A stretch of DNA of 64,000 bases from Eledone cirrhosa (Eukaryota): positions 438,030,001-438,094,000 of the forward strand of contig OZ024740.1 in NCBI GenBank assembly GCA_964016885.1, read 5' to 3'. Shown piece by piece: positions 15,546 through 26,366 of the stretch. The translations under genes were made by a program, and so were the position numbers. The notes beneath the pieces were generated by a model. The model was given only the letters and a program-made list of their open reading frames with translations, was not told the origin of the DNA and made no database searches. Positions within the stretch are counted from its first letter, which is position 1. Each line of letters begins with the position of its first letter.

Positions 15546-16822
15546 AAAAAATGGTTGGGGTAGAGGGGTTGTCTGCTGATGTTAAGTGGTCTCCTGTGTT
15601 TGTTATATTCCTTGTTGTTGTAAAATGTGGTTCGGGTTGGTGGTTATAGATTGAATGGGGTGTTCCTGTACTGCGAGTATGGGTGTGTGGTTCTATGTGC
15701 CATGTTGTATTGTGGTGTTATAAGTGGCCTACGTTGTTGGTTGTATCGTGTGGTGTGGGTTTGTTGTGTATTGTGGAAGTGAGAGTTGAGAAAATGGTAA
15801 TTACCTTGCTGTCCCCTTGAAGCGGGGAAGTTGTTGCATCTATCATGGCGGTGGTATCTTTTCCCTATGTTTGACGATGAGGAATCTGCGTAGTAGTTGA
15901 GTGATTTGGTATGGTGTCTCCTTGAAGGGGGAAAGTTGTAAATGTCATTCTGGGGGAGATGATTTCTTGGGTTTTTGTTCCTTCTTATGGTAGCGAGGTT
16001 GGGAAGTTCATCTTCGGTGTGGTGCTTCCTTCTTCGTTTGTTAGAGGCTTGGGGGTTTGAGAAGTTGTTGTGCGGTTCAGTTATGGGTTTTCCTATTTTT
16101 ATGAACGGGTTATTGGAGGTGTAATCCGTTTGAAAAGTCGATTCATAGTGTAGGAACCAAGCGGCACTTTTTTCCCAGCGTTGAAGGGATTTCAGTTCTT
16201 CTCTGTTGCAGTCCCCTTTCCATAATTTAGAGATCTTCTCTACCTTGGGGCCTTCAGTTTTGTTGTTGATTTCCAGGAGGATCTCTTCATCGATGGTTTT
16301 GATTTTTTCCTCATTTGTCTGGGCCCTCAGTTTAAGAAGTTCAATTTCTGTCTTCATTTTTTCCAATGCCATTCTTTCCCTAAGGTGTCTTTGAGGTTCG
16401 GGTTCATTTGGAATGGACTTTATTTGTAGTTTACGGGGGAGAGTTAGAGGGGTTGAGTTAAGCCATTTTTCATATATCTCTGCTTTGTTGTGATTTTGTA
16501 TCATCTTCCAGAATGAGAACTTTCTGTCTCTGAGGGATTTGTTCCATTTTGGAATTGTTCGAATTTTCATTTTGTGTGAATCAATCTCACATGGTTCTTC
16601 GTTGGTTTTTCCTGGGTTGGTAGTAGTGAACATAGTTTGGATAGTATCGCAAAGGTTTTGGAGTTTGTCGCCGATTTCGGAGGGTTTGTATCCGGTGGCG
16701 GTTTCCTTATTTGTGGAGTCAAGTTTGTCGACCAGCAAAGATAGGTTGGTGTTGATTTTCTTGAGTTCCTGTAGGATCTCTTCATTTGAGTTGATGAGGG
16801 TTGTATCCGTTTTTGTTGGCAT
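15512..16822 (-). pseudogene. PLE ORF1: coiled-coil-like N-terminal protein with low-complexity basic C-terminus
   Basis: 392-aa ORF starting about 70 nt after the upstream pLTR. The frame continues past TAA at 15644 to ...NHFLDTAHRYRQTK* at 15512 and overlaps ORF2 in the -1 frame. Confidence 0.75.
15545..15551 (-). other. Candidate -1 ribosomal frameshift slippery heptamer U UUU UUA
   Basis: CAT TTT TTA GAC in the ORF1 frame; a -1 slip reads RHSTQIQ...LINLTS...SKGLKFTPTP...MKEDIT without a stop. Confidence 0.7.
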
Positions 16823-16889
16823 TTTCTGTATCTCGTGTGAGGATATGATAGTTAAAAGAATAGAGGTGTAACAGACAAGTTATTATATA

Positions 16890-17378
16890 TTGGTAAACGG
16901 AATAGAAAATGCTGACAAATTGTTCACAGTTGAAAAATGGTTTAATTAGGAATAAAAGAGTATTAGTGATTGTATGGGTTAGTATTCAGTTGTGGTTTTA
17001 AGTTTTTAAGTTTTTACCGGTTGCGCATTTCTAAATGCTTTTCAAAAATAATTTTGAGATAGAGTGTCCGTGCTGTTTGCTCTGATCTGATTAGTTTTGG
17101 GAATTCTACCTGTTTTTAAGTTAAAAAAGTGGCTCCAGCGTTAATTTTGTGTTGCAAAAATTCTTGTGGTCAAAACAATTTTGATTGGTCGGTAGAGGTC
17201 ATGTGAATGTAAAAAGTTGATTTTGCGCCAAGACTGTTTTTATGTTAAAAAAGTGGCTCCAGCAAAAATTCTTGGTCAAAACAATTTTGATTGGTCGGTA
17301 GAGGTCATGTGAATAAAAAATTGGTTTTGCGTCAAGATTGAGAAATGACTCTTTCACAACAAATATGTGTGAGTGTGT

Positions 17379-17414
<36 letters not shown>

Positions 17415-17483
17415 TAGTAGTAGTAAGGTGTTCGATGCTGCGACAATGGCCAGCAGCCATGTGTGTCAAATGGCTATTAAGAT

Positions 17484-17522
<39 letters not shown>

Positions 17523-17698
17523 GCAGAGTGATTCGTGGTGGTAGGGATGGTCAGTAAGAATGTGTCTGAAAGCAATGGGGGGTATTTTAGCATGTCAAAA
17601 GATATTTTTCAGCTTTTGTCTTATACGGAGAAGTGTGTGTGTGTGTGTGTATATAAGTCTCTTTGTATGTTGTTGTACGCGCGTGTATGTGTTTGTGC

Positions 17699-17736
<38 letters not shown>

Positions 17737-18169
17737 ACCAGTATTTTTTCCCCCTGGTAAAATGGTGTACATTATTCGATTTTTTCAGTAAAATCGGTTC
17801 TCTTAATAGAACAACAAAAATCTTAATAAAAGGTGTGAAATGATATTCACTATATATATATACACATACATATATTCACTACATATATATATATATATAC
17901 ATATATACATACATATATATGCACATATATTTCTTTGTATTGCACCATAGAGCATGTGTGTTTACGTGTGTCATTGTGTTTATATGTGGGTAGAGATGTG
18001 TGCTGATGTAGGTATGTATGTTGACGTGTGTATGTTGTGGGTTCGTCTTAGGGAGAAGTGTTTAGACGGGGTCCGTATTTGTTAATGAAGTAAGATTCCT
18101 TGCTGATGCGCTGGGTGTGGGTGGCATTATCTTTTAATTTGTAGAGGGGAAAGATTCTGAAGTTGGGAT
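16890..18169 (-). repeat. Upstream (5') pLTR / partial tandem copy of the PLE 3' end
   Basis: Repeats 11907-13347, including ...PNFRIFPLYK...YGPRLNTSP*. Confidence 0.92.
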
Positions 18170-18329
18170 ATATATATATATGCATATATGCATATATATA
18201 TATATATGCATATATGCATATATATATATTGAAAGCAACATGAGAAATCAAGTTGATAGTGTGTATGTGTGTGTATGGGCGCCGGCACGCGTGCGTTTGT
18301 GTGTGAATGGCCGCACACGTTTTTGTTTA

Positions 18330-19110
18330 TGTGTGTGTGTATGCGTGTGTATGTTTGTGTAAGTGTGTGTGTGCGTGTGTTGGTGAGTGTATCTGTGTGT
18401 CTGTATGTGTGTGTGTAAGTGTGTGTGGGTGTGTTGGTGAGTGTATGTGTGTGTATGTTTCTGTTTGTGTAAGTATATGTGTGTGTTGGTGAGTGTATGT
18501 GTGTGTCTGTATGTGTGTGTAAGTGTGTGTGTGTGTGCGTTGGTGAGTGTATGTGTGTGTCTGTATGTGTGTGTGTATGTGTGTGTGTTGGTGAATGTAT
18601 GTTTGTGTGTGTGTAAGTGTGTGTGTGTGTGTGTTTTGGTGAGTATATGTGTGTGTCTGTTTGTGTGTGTGTAAGTGTGTGTGTGTGTGTTGGTGAGTGT
18701 GTGTGTGTGTCTGTATGCGTGTGTGTGTTGGTGAGTGTGTGTGTAAGTGTGTGTGTGTGTGTTGATGAGTGTATGATGTGTGTGTCTGTTTGTGTGTGCG
18801 TAAGTGTGTGTGTGGGTGAGTGTATGTGTGTGTCTGTTTGTGTGTGTGTAAGTGTGTGTGTGTGTGTGCGTTGGTGAGTGTATGTGTGTGTCTGTTTGTG
18901 TGTGTGTAAGTGTGTGTGTGTGTTGGTGAGTGTTTGCGTGTCTCTGTTTGTGTGTGTGTAAGTGTGTGTGTGCTGGTGAGTGTATGTGTGTGTCTGTTTG
19001 TGTGTGCGCAAGTGTGTGTGTGTGTTGGTGAGTGTATGTGTGTGTCTGCTTGTGTGTGTGTAAGTGTGTGTGTGTTGGTGAGTGAATGTGTGTCTCTGTT
19101 TGTGTGTGAT
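18330..19110. repeat. TG-rich minisatellite (gttggtgagtgtatgtgtgtgtctg...gtaagtg units)
   Basis: Visible tandem units of about 55-60 bp. Confidence 0.85.
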
Positions 19111-19164
19111 GCGAGATGTATGATATTTTGAAAGAGTTTATACTATTTTACATTTTGTAAGCAG

Positions 19165-19400
19165 AGCAACAACAGCAACAACAACAACTAAAGAAAAACA
19201 ATAACAACAATAACAACAACAATAACAACAACAATAACAACAACAACAAGAAGAAGAAGAACAACAGTAACAACAATAACAACAACAACAATACAAATAA
19301 CAACAATAACATCAACAATAACAACAACAATAAAAAAAAAACAACCTCAATAATAACAACAACGGCAACAATAATGATAGTAACAACAACAACAACAACA
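19165..19400. repeat. (CAA/TAA)n trinucleotide tract
   Basis: Direct reading. Confidence 0.9.
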
Positions 19401-19692
19401 TAAACACACAAAGAAATATGAGTTGCATTGTTTGGGGCGATTTGAATTGCAAATAAGGTCTAAAGTTCCCTGCAGGGGTTTATATTTCAAGTAATTTCAC
19501 ATCCCACGACACACCACGTGACAAACATGGCGAAATAGAAACATGCACTTTTTCTTCACCCTTTCTTACTTCCGTTTCCCTCCCATCTCTCTCTCTCTCT
19601 CCCTCTCTCTCTCTCTCCCTCTCTCTCTCCATCTCTCTCTGTATATATGTATATATATATATATATACAGAGAGAGAGAGAGAGAGAAGGGG

Positions 19693-19749
<57 letters not shown>

Positions 19750-19778
19750 CATATACATATATATATATAGAGAGAGAG

Positions 19779-19819
<41 letters not shown>

Positions 19820-19821
<2 letters not shown>

Positions 19822-20025
19822 GGAACGAGTAGGACCCCGACGGCTGAGCTCAAGCCGTTTCGACGGCTAATTCTGAACTAAAATGATTTAGAATTAGCCG
19901 TCGAAACGGCTTGAGCTCAGCCGTCGGGGTCCTACTCGTTCCTATTACCCACTCTACTACCCTAAGTATTGAGTACTTTGGTGCGTTATGGTCCACCTGG
20001 TTCCTTACCACATTTCCTCCGTTAC
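19820..20025. mobile_element. Inverted pair of pLTR tips from the PLE family at 48598-51890 (half hammerhead)
   Basis: Inverted repeat of tagccgtcgaaacggcttgagctcagccgtcgggg; the 3' tail matches 51760-51890; (TA)n flanks. Confidence 0.85.
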
Positions 20026-20026
20026 A

Positions 20027-20085
<59 letters not shown>

Positions 20086-20107
20086 TATATATATATATGT
20101 ATATATA

Positions 20108-20228
<121 letters not shown>

Positions 20229-20266
20229 CTCTCTCTCTCTATATATATATATATATGTATATGTAT

Positions 20267-20308
<42 letters not shown>

Positions 20309-20312
<4 letters not shown>

Positions 20313-20524
20313 GGAAACATGGAAAGAAAGAGAATTAATTTATGAATAATGTCGAAGAATTTAATGAAGGAAAGAGAATCAGAAGATAGGTAATGAACGA
20401 ATGAACGAGAAAAAATAACGTTTGAAAGAATTGATCAATTGAATAATATCGAAAAATGAATGAAAGAGTTGAGAGTAAAATACAAATTATTAGAAATGTA
20501 TAAGCAAGAGAATATCAGGAAGGA

Positions 20525-20558
<34 letters not shown>

Positions 20559-20847
20559 CCCAGCATGGCCTCAGCCGGATGGCTGAAACAGGTAAAAGAG
20601 TAAAAGAGTATATATATATATATATATATATTCCTTCCTGATATTCTCTTGCTTATACATTTCTAATAATTTGTATTTTACTCTCAACTCTTTCATTCAT
20701 TTTTCGATATTATTCAATTGATCAATTCTTTCAATCGTTATTTTTTCTCGTTCATTCGTTCATTACCTATCTTCCGATTCTCTTTCCTTCATTCAATTTT
20801 TCGACATTATTCATGAATTAATTCTTTTTCTTTCCATATTTCCTATT
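20309..20847. repeat. ~220-bp inverted repeat around a (TA)n spacer
   Basis: 20309-20525 is the reverse complement of 20631-20847 with a few mismatches. Confidence 0.85.
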
Positions 20848-21072
20848 ATTTTCCTCCGATATAGAAAGAACTAAAATGAATAAAGCTCGCCAAAAGCTGA
20901 GCAGCTTACATACATGTGTCTTGAGAAAGTTCCATAATTTTAGTCATCTGTGGAGATGTATTATCTCTGATATCGCATAAAACTGGGAATTTCTGTCCAC
21001 ATAACAAATCAATATTTCCCCATGGATTAGTAGAGTCTTAACAGCGTCGGACAAATGCATCGCTCTATGTAG

Positions 21073-21142
<70 letters not shown>

Positions 21143-21264
21143 TGGGTGTGTGTATACGCACACACACGTATACATATATATGGATTGAGAGGGGCGAGGC
21201 TGCGTGGTTACTGATAGCGTGTGTTAGAAAATTAAGGGAAAGCAAAGAAGAGATACACATTTTC

Positions 21265-21340
21265 CCTTCATTTGTTGTCTACTACGGATCACGGATGTTT
21301 CAGCGCATTATAGACAATACATCTATCCGTAGCGCGCCCA
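21265..21340 (-). ncRNA. Non-circularly permuted hammerhead-like motif, copy A (core decayed to CAAAUGA)
   Basis: Minus strand: ggcgcg ctacggat aGATGTA ttgtcta taa tgcgct GAAA catc cgtg atccgtag tagacaa CAAATGA ag. Confidence 0.6.
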
Positions 21341-21608
21341 CAACTATTATCAACAAGCTATGAGGAAAAGAAAAGACGAAAAACAGGCGATAGCAGAGAG
21401 AGAGAGAAAAAGAATGAAAAAAAAAAATGAAAAAACGAAAAAACATACCGATAGAAGTGGGAAACATAGGACAATGGCACATGTAAGTAAGTAACCGATG
21501 GGAGAGAAGGGACGAAGTTTAAGAAAAGGCAGTTGGGTTTAAGCCCAGGGGCATTATTAACAGTGAGAGAGCTAAGACGGAAACGTCTATTCTCGGTGGG
21601 AACGGCGT

Positions 21609-21676
<68 letters not shown>

Positions 21677-21979
21677 AGGAAACGGGAGTGTTAAGGAGGC
21701 GTTGAGGGGGGGGGGAGCAAGAGACAGGATTTGAGTGATCGTTAGAGAGGATGGAGTGGAGGTCACAGTAATAAATACATAAATATGGATTGAGAGGGAC
21801 AAGGCTACCTGCTTACTGATAACCACTTCCTTCGGTTATTTACATACATCATGTGACATTGTCCTGTGTTTCCCCCTTCTATCGGTATGTTTTTTCTTTT
21901 TTTCTTTCTTTCTCTCTCTATGCTATCGCCTCTTTTTCGTCTTTTTCTTTGCCCAATGACTTGTTGATAATAAGTTATG

Positions 21980-22067
21980 GGCACGCTACGCATAGATGTA
22001 TTGTCTATAGATGTATTGTCTATAATGCGCTGAAACATCTGCGACCCGTATTAGACAACTGATGAAG
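21980..22067 (+). ncRNA. Non-circularly permuted hammerhead-like motif, copy B (intact core)
   Basis: AGATGTA-TTGTCTA (22009-22022), GAAA-CATCT (22032-22040), TAGACAA-CTGATGA (22052-22065). Confidence 0.7.
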
Positions 22068-22108
22068 AGGAAATGTCTATCGCTTCTTTGTGTTCCCTTT
22101 TTCTAACA

Positions 22109-22150
<42 letters not shown>

Positions 22151-22227
22151 GCACATATATATATATATATGTATATATATGTATAGATATATGTATATAT
22201 ATATACATATTTATATATATATGTATA

Positions 22228-22602
22228 TATGAGGGGCAGGCCTCTCAAGAGGTTCAAAGACTGCGTGAAGTCCAGTATCAACAACACTGGAATCGCCCCA
22301 AAACAACTCGAGTCCCATGCTCAGGGCACGACTGAGTGGCGAGCCCTTACCAGACGCGCCAAAGACTCTTTTGAAGAGAAGGGACGGGCAGAGGTCACTG
22401 AGGCCCATGAAAGGAGGACAAAGGCATCAACAACTGCCCCAAGCGACTCCGGTCTCTTTTCCTGCCCCCACTGTCCTCGGACCTGCAAGTCAATGATCGG
22501 CCTCCACAGCCACCTTCGTGCCCACGGCAGGCGGGAACTAAAATAAAGATGTCAACATCTGTTATCAACATAATTGCAACCATGAGACACATCGTTTTTC
22601 CT
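22228..22602 (+). mobile_element. RTE-clade LINE 3' fragment with C-terminal C2H2 finger
   Basis: [13 protein letters not shown]...WRALT...CPHCPRTCKSMIGLHSHLRAH; 5'-truncated, (TA)n flanks. The 3' UTR recurs inverted at 24112-24160. Confidence 0.85.
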
Positions 22603-22696
22603 ATATATATATGTATATATATATATAACACACACAAAAACAAGATGGCGTAGGACAGAACAAAGGAGAGGCACAAAACAAAGAAAAGAATCCTAA

Positions 22697-22739
22697 GTCA
22701 TTGAAGAGGTCACAGAATGTGTGACGAAAGAACTTTGAC
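22697..22739 (+). ncRNA. Degenerate minimal type I hammerhead candidate
   Basis: gtca TTGAAGA ggtcac agaatgt gtgac GAAA gaac TT tgac: stems I and II pair; U3-G8 core; poor stem III. Confidence 0.45.
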
Positions 22740-22949
22740 AATATATGAACAACCGTCTGGTTATGGAACCAACCAACCAACCGGAAATTTATAAATTCTT
22801 AAATTTATATATTTAATTTATAATAAATTGGAGTGAAAGCAACTGGTGCGTGTGTTTCTTATTGGCAACATCACCCTTCCAAAGCATAACAATATCGGTT
22901 TCAACATACGTTTTCAGATAAAGAATCTTGCTAAACAAATTCAGAAACG

Positions 22950-23000
<51 letters not shown>

Positions 23001-23002
<2 letters not shown>

Positions 23003-23485
23003 TAAGTTATTCCGTGTTGAATCGGAGGTAACCACAGTAAGTAAGGTACTCAATACATAGCAGAGTATAAAAGCTTTAATATAGATGAGATTCTACAGGA
23101 CTAGAACTGTTTCATTCTTTAGAAATCATCAGAAATCTGGCTTTCCAAAATAAATGTTGTGGTATTTATATCTTTTCTGGTGGTAGAAGAGGGTGGGGAG
23201 TGGGATGGGTGGAGGTCATTGGTTGAAAGAAAAGGGAATTCATTAAAAGCTAATCCTTTAAGGTTATAATTTATATTTAGAGTGGCAAAGGCAGAAAGAA
23301 TTCTATAAACAAGTTCAGAATGGGGAGCCACTCCTTACTTTTAAGTTTCTCTTAAGCTCACAATGCCTATATTTCAGGTGTCTATAAGATGGTTGGGGTC
23401 GCTCATGGTTGATGGATTTAAAGAAAAGGGAAATTCTTTAAAGCTCTACTTAGAGTGACAAAGGCCAAGAGAATTCTATAAACCA
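23001..23485 (-). mobile_element. Short PLE-derived element (family A) with hammerhead
   Basis: Terminus matches 30700-30785 and 44740-44826; (TA)n flanks. Confidence 0.8.
23088..23137 (-). ncRNA. Type I hammerhead ribozyme (family A)
   Basis: Minus strand: gattt CTGATGA tttc taaa gaat GAAA cagttctagtcct GTA gaatc. Confidence 0.8.
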
Positions 23486-23510
23486 TATATATATATATAT
23501 ATATATATAT

Positions 23511-24100
23511 GCTATCGCCGTATTTTGACTAAAGAAATTAAAGAAATTATTTAGCCTGGTAGTGGGGTTAAGAACCCTCTGAGAAATGGAAAAATATGAG
23601 TATTGACCTACATGGGAGTCGAACCCACATCTTTGGTTGTCCGGACCACTGTCCTACCATTTACACCAACACATCACTGGTCTTTTTCCATTCAAATTAG
23701 AAGCTATAAACTTAGCGACTGTAATGTCAAGTAAGAATATTTTCGAAACAGCGAGTGGGTTTGAAATTATTAGAAATGTAAGCTATCGCCGTATTTTGAC
23801 TAAAGAAATTAAAGAAATCATTTAGCCTGATAGAAATTATTTAGCCTGATAGCTTCTAATTTGAATGGAAAGAGACGGGTGATGTGTTGGTGTAAATGGT
23901 AGCACAGTTGTCTGGATAACCAAAGATGTGGGTTCGACTCCCATGTACGTCAATACTCATCCTTTTTTCCATTTCTCCGAGGGTTCTTAACCCCACTATC
24001 AGGCTAAATAATTTCTTTAATTTCTTTAGTCAAAATACGGCGATAGGTTACATTTCTAATAATTTCAAACCCACTCGCTGTTTCGAAAATATTCTTACTT
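23511..24100. mobile_element. 271-bp tRNA-like unit in partial-tandem plus inverted arrangement
   Basis: tRNA-like heads at 23603-23677 (-) and 23881-23953 (+) with A box TGGTGTAAATGG and B box GGTTCGACTCC; gctatcgccgtattttgac at 23511 and 23782; (TA)n flanks. Confidence 0.75.
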
Positions 24101-24204
24101 TATATATATATATAGGAAAAACGATGTGTCTCATGGTTGCAATTATGTTGATAACAGATCTGCCGGTTTATGTCTGTGCTTCACCTAAACAACAATTATC
24201 AATA

Positions 24205-24355
24205 GCGGAAGGTGGTAAATTGTCAGAGACGTTAGAATGTCGGATAAAATGCTTTGTGGTATTCTTTTCGACTCTCTGCGTTCAAATCCCGCTGAGGTCG
24301 ACTTTGCCTTCCATTCGTTCCAGGTCGATAAAAATGTACCAGTGTAGTATCGATC
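24205..24355 (+). mobile_element. tRNA-derived SINE (octopus-type) fragment
   Basis: B box gttcaaatcc followed by the gaggtcgactttgccttcc...ggtcgataaaa...gtaccag core. Confidence 0.75.
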
Positions 24356-24692
24356 TTTCCTCTAAGTCACTCTCTCAGTTCCTCTCTCTCCTTCTCTGGG
24401 AGAAATCAGTTCTGTTCAGACATGGTGAGGTTTGGGCTCCACCGGGTTTTAAAAATGCCCTAGAAACGCCACAAGTCAATACGGTCCCAGGATCATACAA
24501 GCATCGGGTGTTGGGTTGACGATCCTAACGTCGTCAGTTCGATTTACTCCGTTATGTTGTATCCTTGAGCAAGATTATTTTATATTTTACTACCCAAATG
24601 CTAAAATTGTGTTGTTCCTTTACTTCAAAATGTCAGCCTTGTCACATCTTGTGTCACGTCGAATCTTCCGAAAACTACATTATGTGTACATG

Positions 24693-24800
24693 TACGAAAG
24701 TCGACTGAAAAGTTCATAGGCTGATTATGAAGGAGTGATGCTAGAGCAGTGAAATCTTGCATCAATTAATTTCAACGCTTCTTATTAATAACTATACTGA
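24693..24800 (+). mobile_element. Possible mariner-type terminal remnant
   Basis: TA followed by cgaaagtcgactgaaaagttc resembles mariner TIRs; no transposase. Confidence 0.4.
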
Positions 24801-25002
24801 GGACATCTTGCCATGGGAACACCCCATGTGTCTTTAAAGCACCTTAATCTTGATGTTTTGTATAACATTTCCCACGTTGCGTGGAGACCTTTTTAATATG
24901 CCAAATATTTCAGTTTTTATTTCTGCATGAAACCAGGTAGAAACTCCGTCGCTGGCTTGTGTTGGATAGAAGTAGCTGCGTAGTCAGTAATCTGTGATTA
25001 AA

Positions 25003-26366
25003 CATTGTTGACACTCTAATGGCGGTCAGACAGCCACATTCCGTCGTTCCCCTGTTGATACTCGCATGGCGGTCAGACAGACATACTCCATCGTTCCCCT
25101 GTTGACACTCTAATGGTGGTCAGACAGCCACACTCCGTCATTCACCTGTTGACACTCTAATGGTGGTCAGACAGCCACACTCCTTCATTTACCTGTTGAC
25201 ACTCTAATGGTGGTTAGACAGCCACACTCCGTCGTTCCCCTGTTGACACTCTAATGGTGGTCAGACAGCCACACTCCATCGTTCCCCTGTTGACACTCTA
25301 ATGGTGGTCAGACAGCCACACTCCGTCGTTCCCCTGTTGACACTCTAATGGTGGTCAGACAGCCACACTCCATCGTTCCCCTGTTGACACTCTAATGGTG
25401 GTCAGACAGCCACACTCCGTCGTTCCCCTGTTGACACTCTAATGGTGGTCAGACAGCCACACTCCGTCGTTCCCCTGTTGACACTCTAATGGCGGGCAGA
25501 CAGCCACACTCCGTCGTTTACCTGTTGACACTCTAATGGTGGTCAGACAGCCACACTCCATCGTTCCCCTGTTGAAATTCTAATGGCGGTCAGACAGCCA
25601 CACTCCGTCGTTCCCCTGTTGACACTCTAATGGTGGTCAGACAGCCACACTCCGTCGTTCCCCTGTTGACACTCTAATGGTGGTCAGACAGCCACACTCC
25701 GTCGTTCCCCTGTTGACACTCTAATGGTGGTCAGACAGCCACACTCCATCGTTCCCCTGTTGACACTCTAATGGTGGTCAGACAGCCACACTCCGTCGTT
25801 CCCCTGTTGACACTCTAATGGTGGTCAGACAGCCACACTCCATCGTTCCCCTGTTGACACTCTAATGGTGGTCAGACAGCCACACTCCGTCGTTCCCCTG
25901 TTGACACTCTAATGGTGGTCAGACAGCCACACTCCGTCGTTCCCCTGTTGACACTCTAATGGCGGGCAGACAGCCACACTCCGTCGTTTACCTGTTGACA
26001 CTCTAATGGTGGTCAGACAGCCACACTCCATCGTTCCCCTGTTGAAATTCTAATGGCGGTCAGACAGCCACACTCCGTCGTTCCCCTGTTGACACTCTAA
26101 TGGTGGTCAGACAGCCACACTCCGTCGTTCCCCTGTTGACACTCTAATGGTGGTCAGACAGCCACACTCCGTCGTTCCCCTGTTGACACTCTAATGGTGG
26201 TCAGACAGCCACACTCCGTCGTTCCCCTGTTGAAACTCTAATGGTGGTCAGACAGCCACACTCCGTCGTTCCCCTGTTGAAACTCTAATGGCGGTCAGAC
26301 AGCCACACTCCGTCGTTCCCCTGTTGAAATTCTAATGGCGGTCAGACAGCCACACTCCGTCGTTCA
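25003..26366. repeat. 47-bp minisatellite (~29 copies)
   Basis: Unit ctgttgacactctaatggtggtcagacagccacactccgtcgttccc; period 47 (25240 to 25287). Confidence 0.95.

Larger units (their letters stand above)
11907..18169 (-). mobile_element. Penelope-like element (Naiad/Neptune-like), near full length, partial-tandem pLTRs, inserted in (TA)n
   Basis: RT motifs (FDVVNLYSNI, GTTMGT, RYLDDCF), CxxxxCxxC linker (CDRPNCGIC) and GIY-YIG (NLIYVLTCSGCREQYIGQT). Direct repeats at 11907-13347 and 16890-18169 carry the ORF 3' end. Both ends abut (TA)n. Confidence 0.93.
21170..22110. mobile_element. Short non-coding element, partial tandem plus inversion, carrying permuted hammerheads
   Basis: Direct repeat atatggattgagaggg at ~21177 and ~21783; 21825-22110 is an inverted, diverged copy of ~21220-21500; microsatellite flanks. 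Confidence 0.7.

Noticed and set aside
21980-22067. HDV-like ribozyme reading of the double-pseudoknot motif
   Set aside because: The helix order does not fit P1-P2-P3-P1.1-P4, whereas NUH, GAAA and CUGAUGA fall exactly at hammerhead junction positions.
23881-23953. Functional tRNA gene
   Set aside because: Acceptor and anticodon stems are imperfect and differ between the two copies; it is part of a repeat unit.
25003-26366. CRISPR-like regular array
   Set aside because: Units are contiguous with no unique spacers, there are no cas genes, and the context is eukaryotic.
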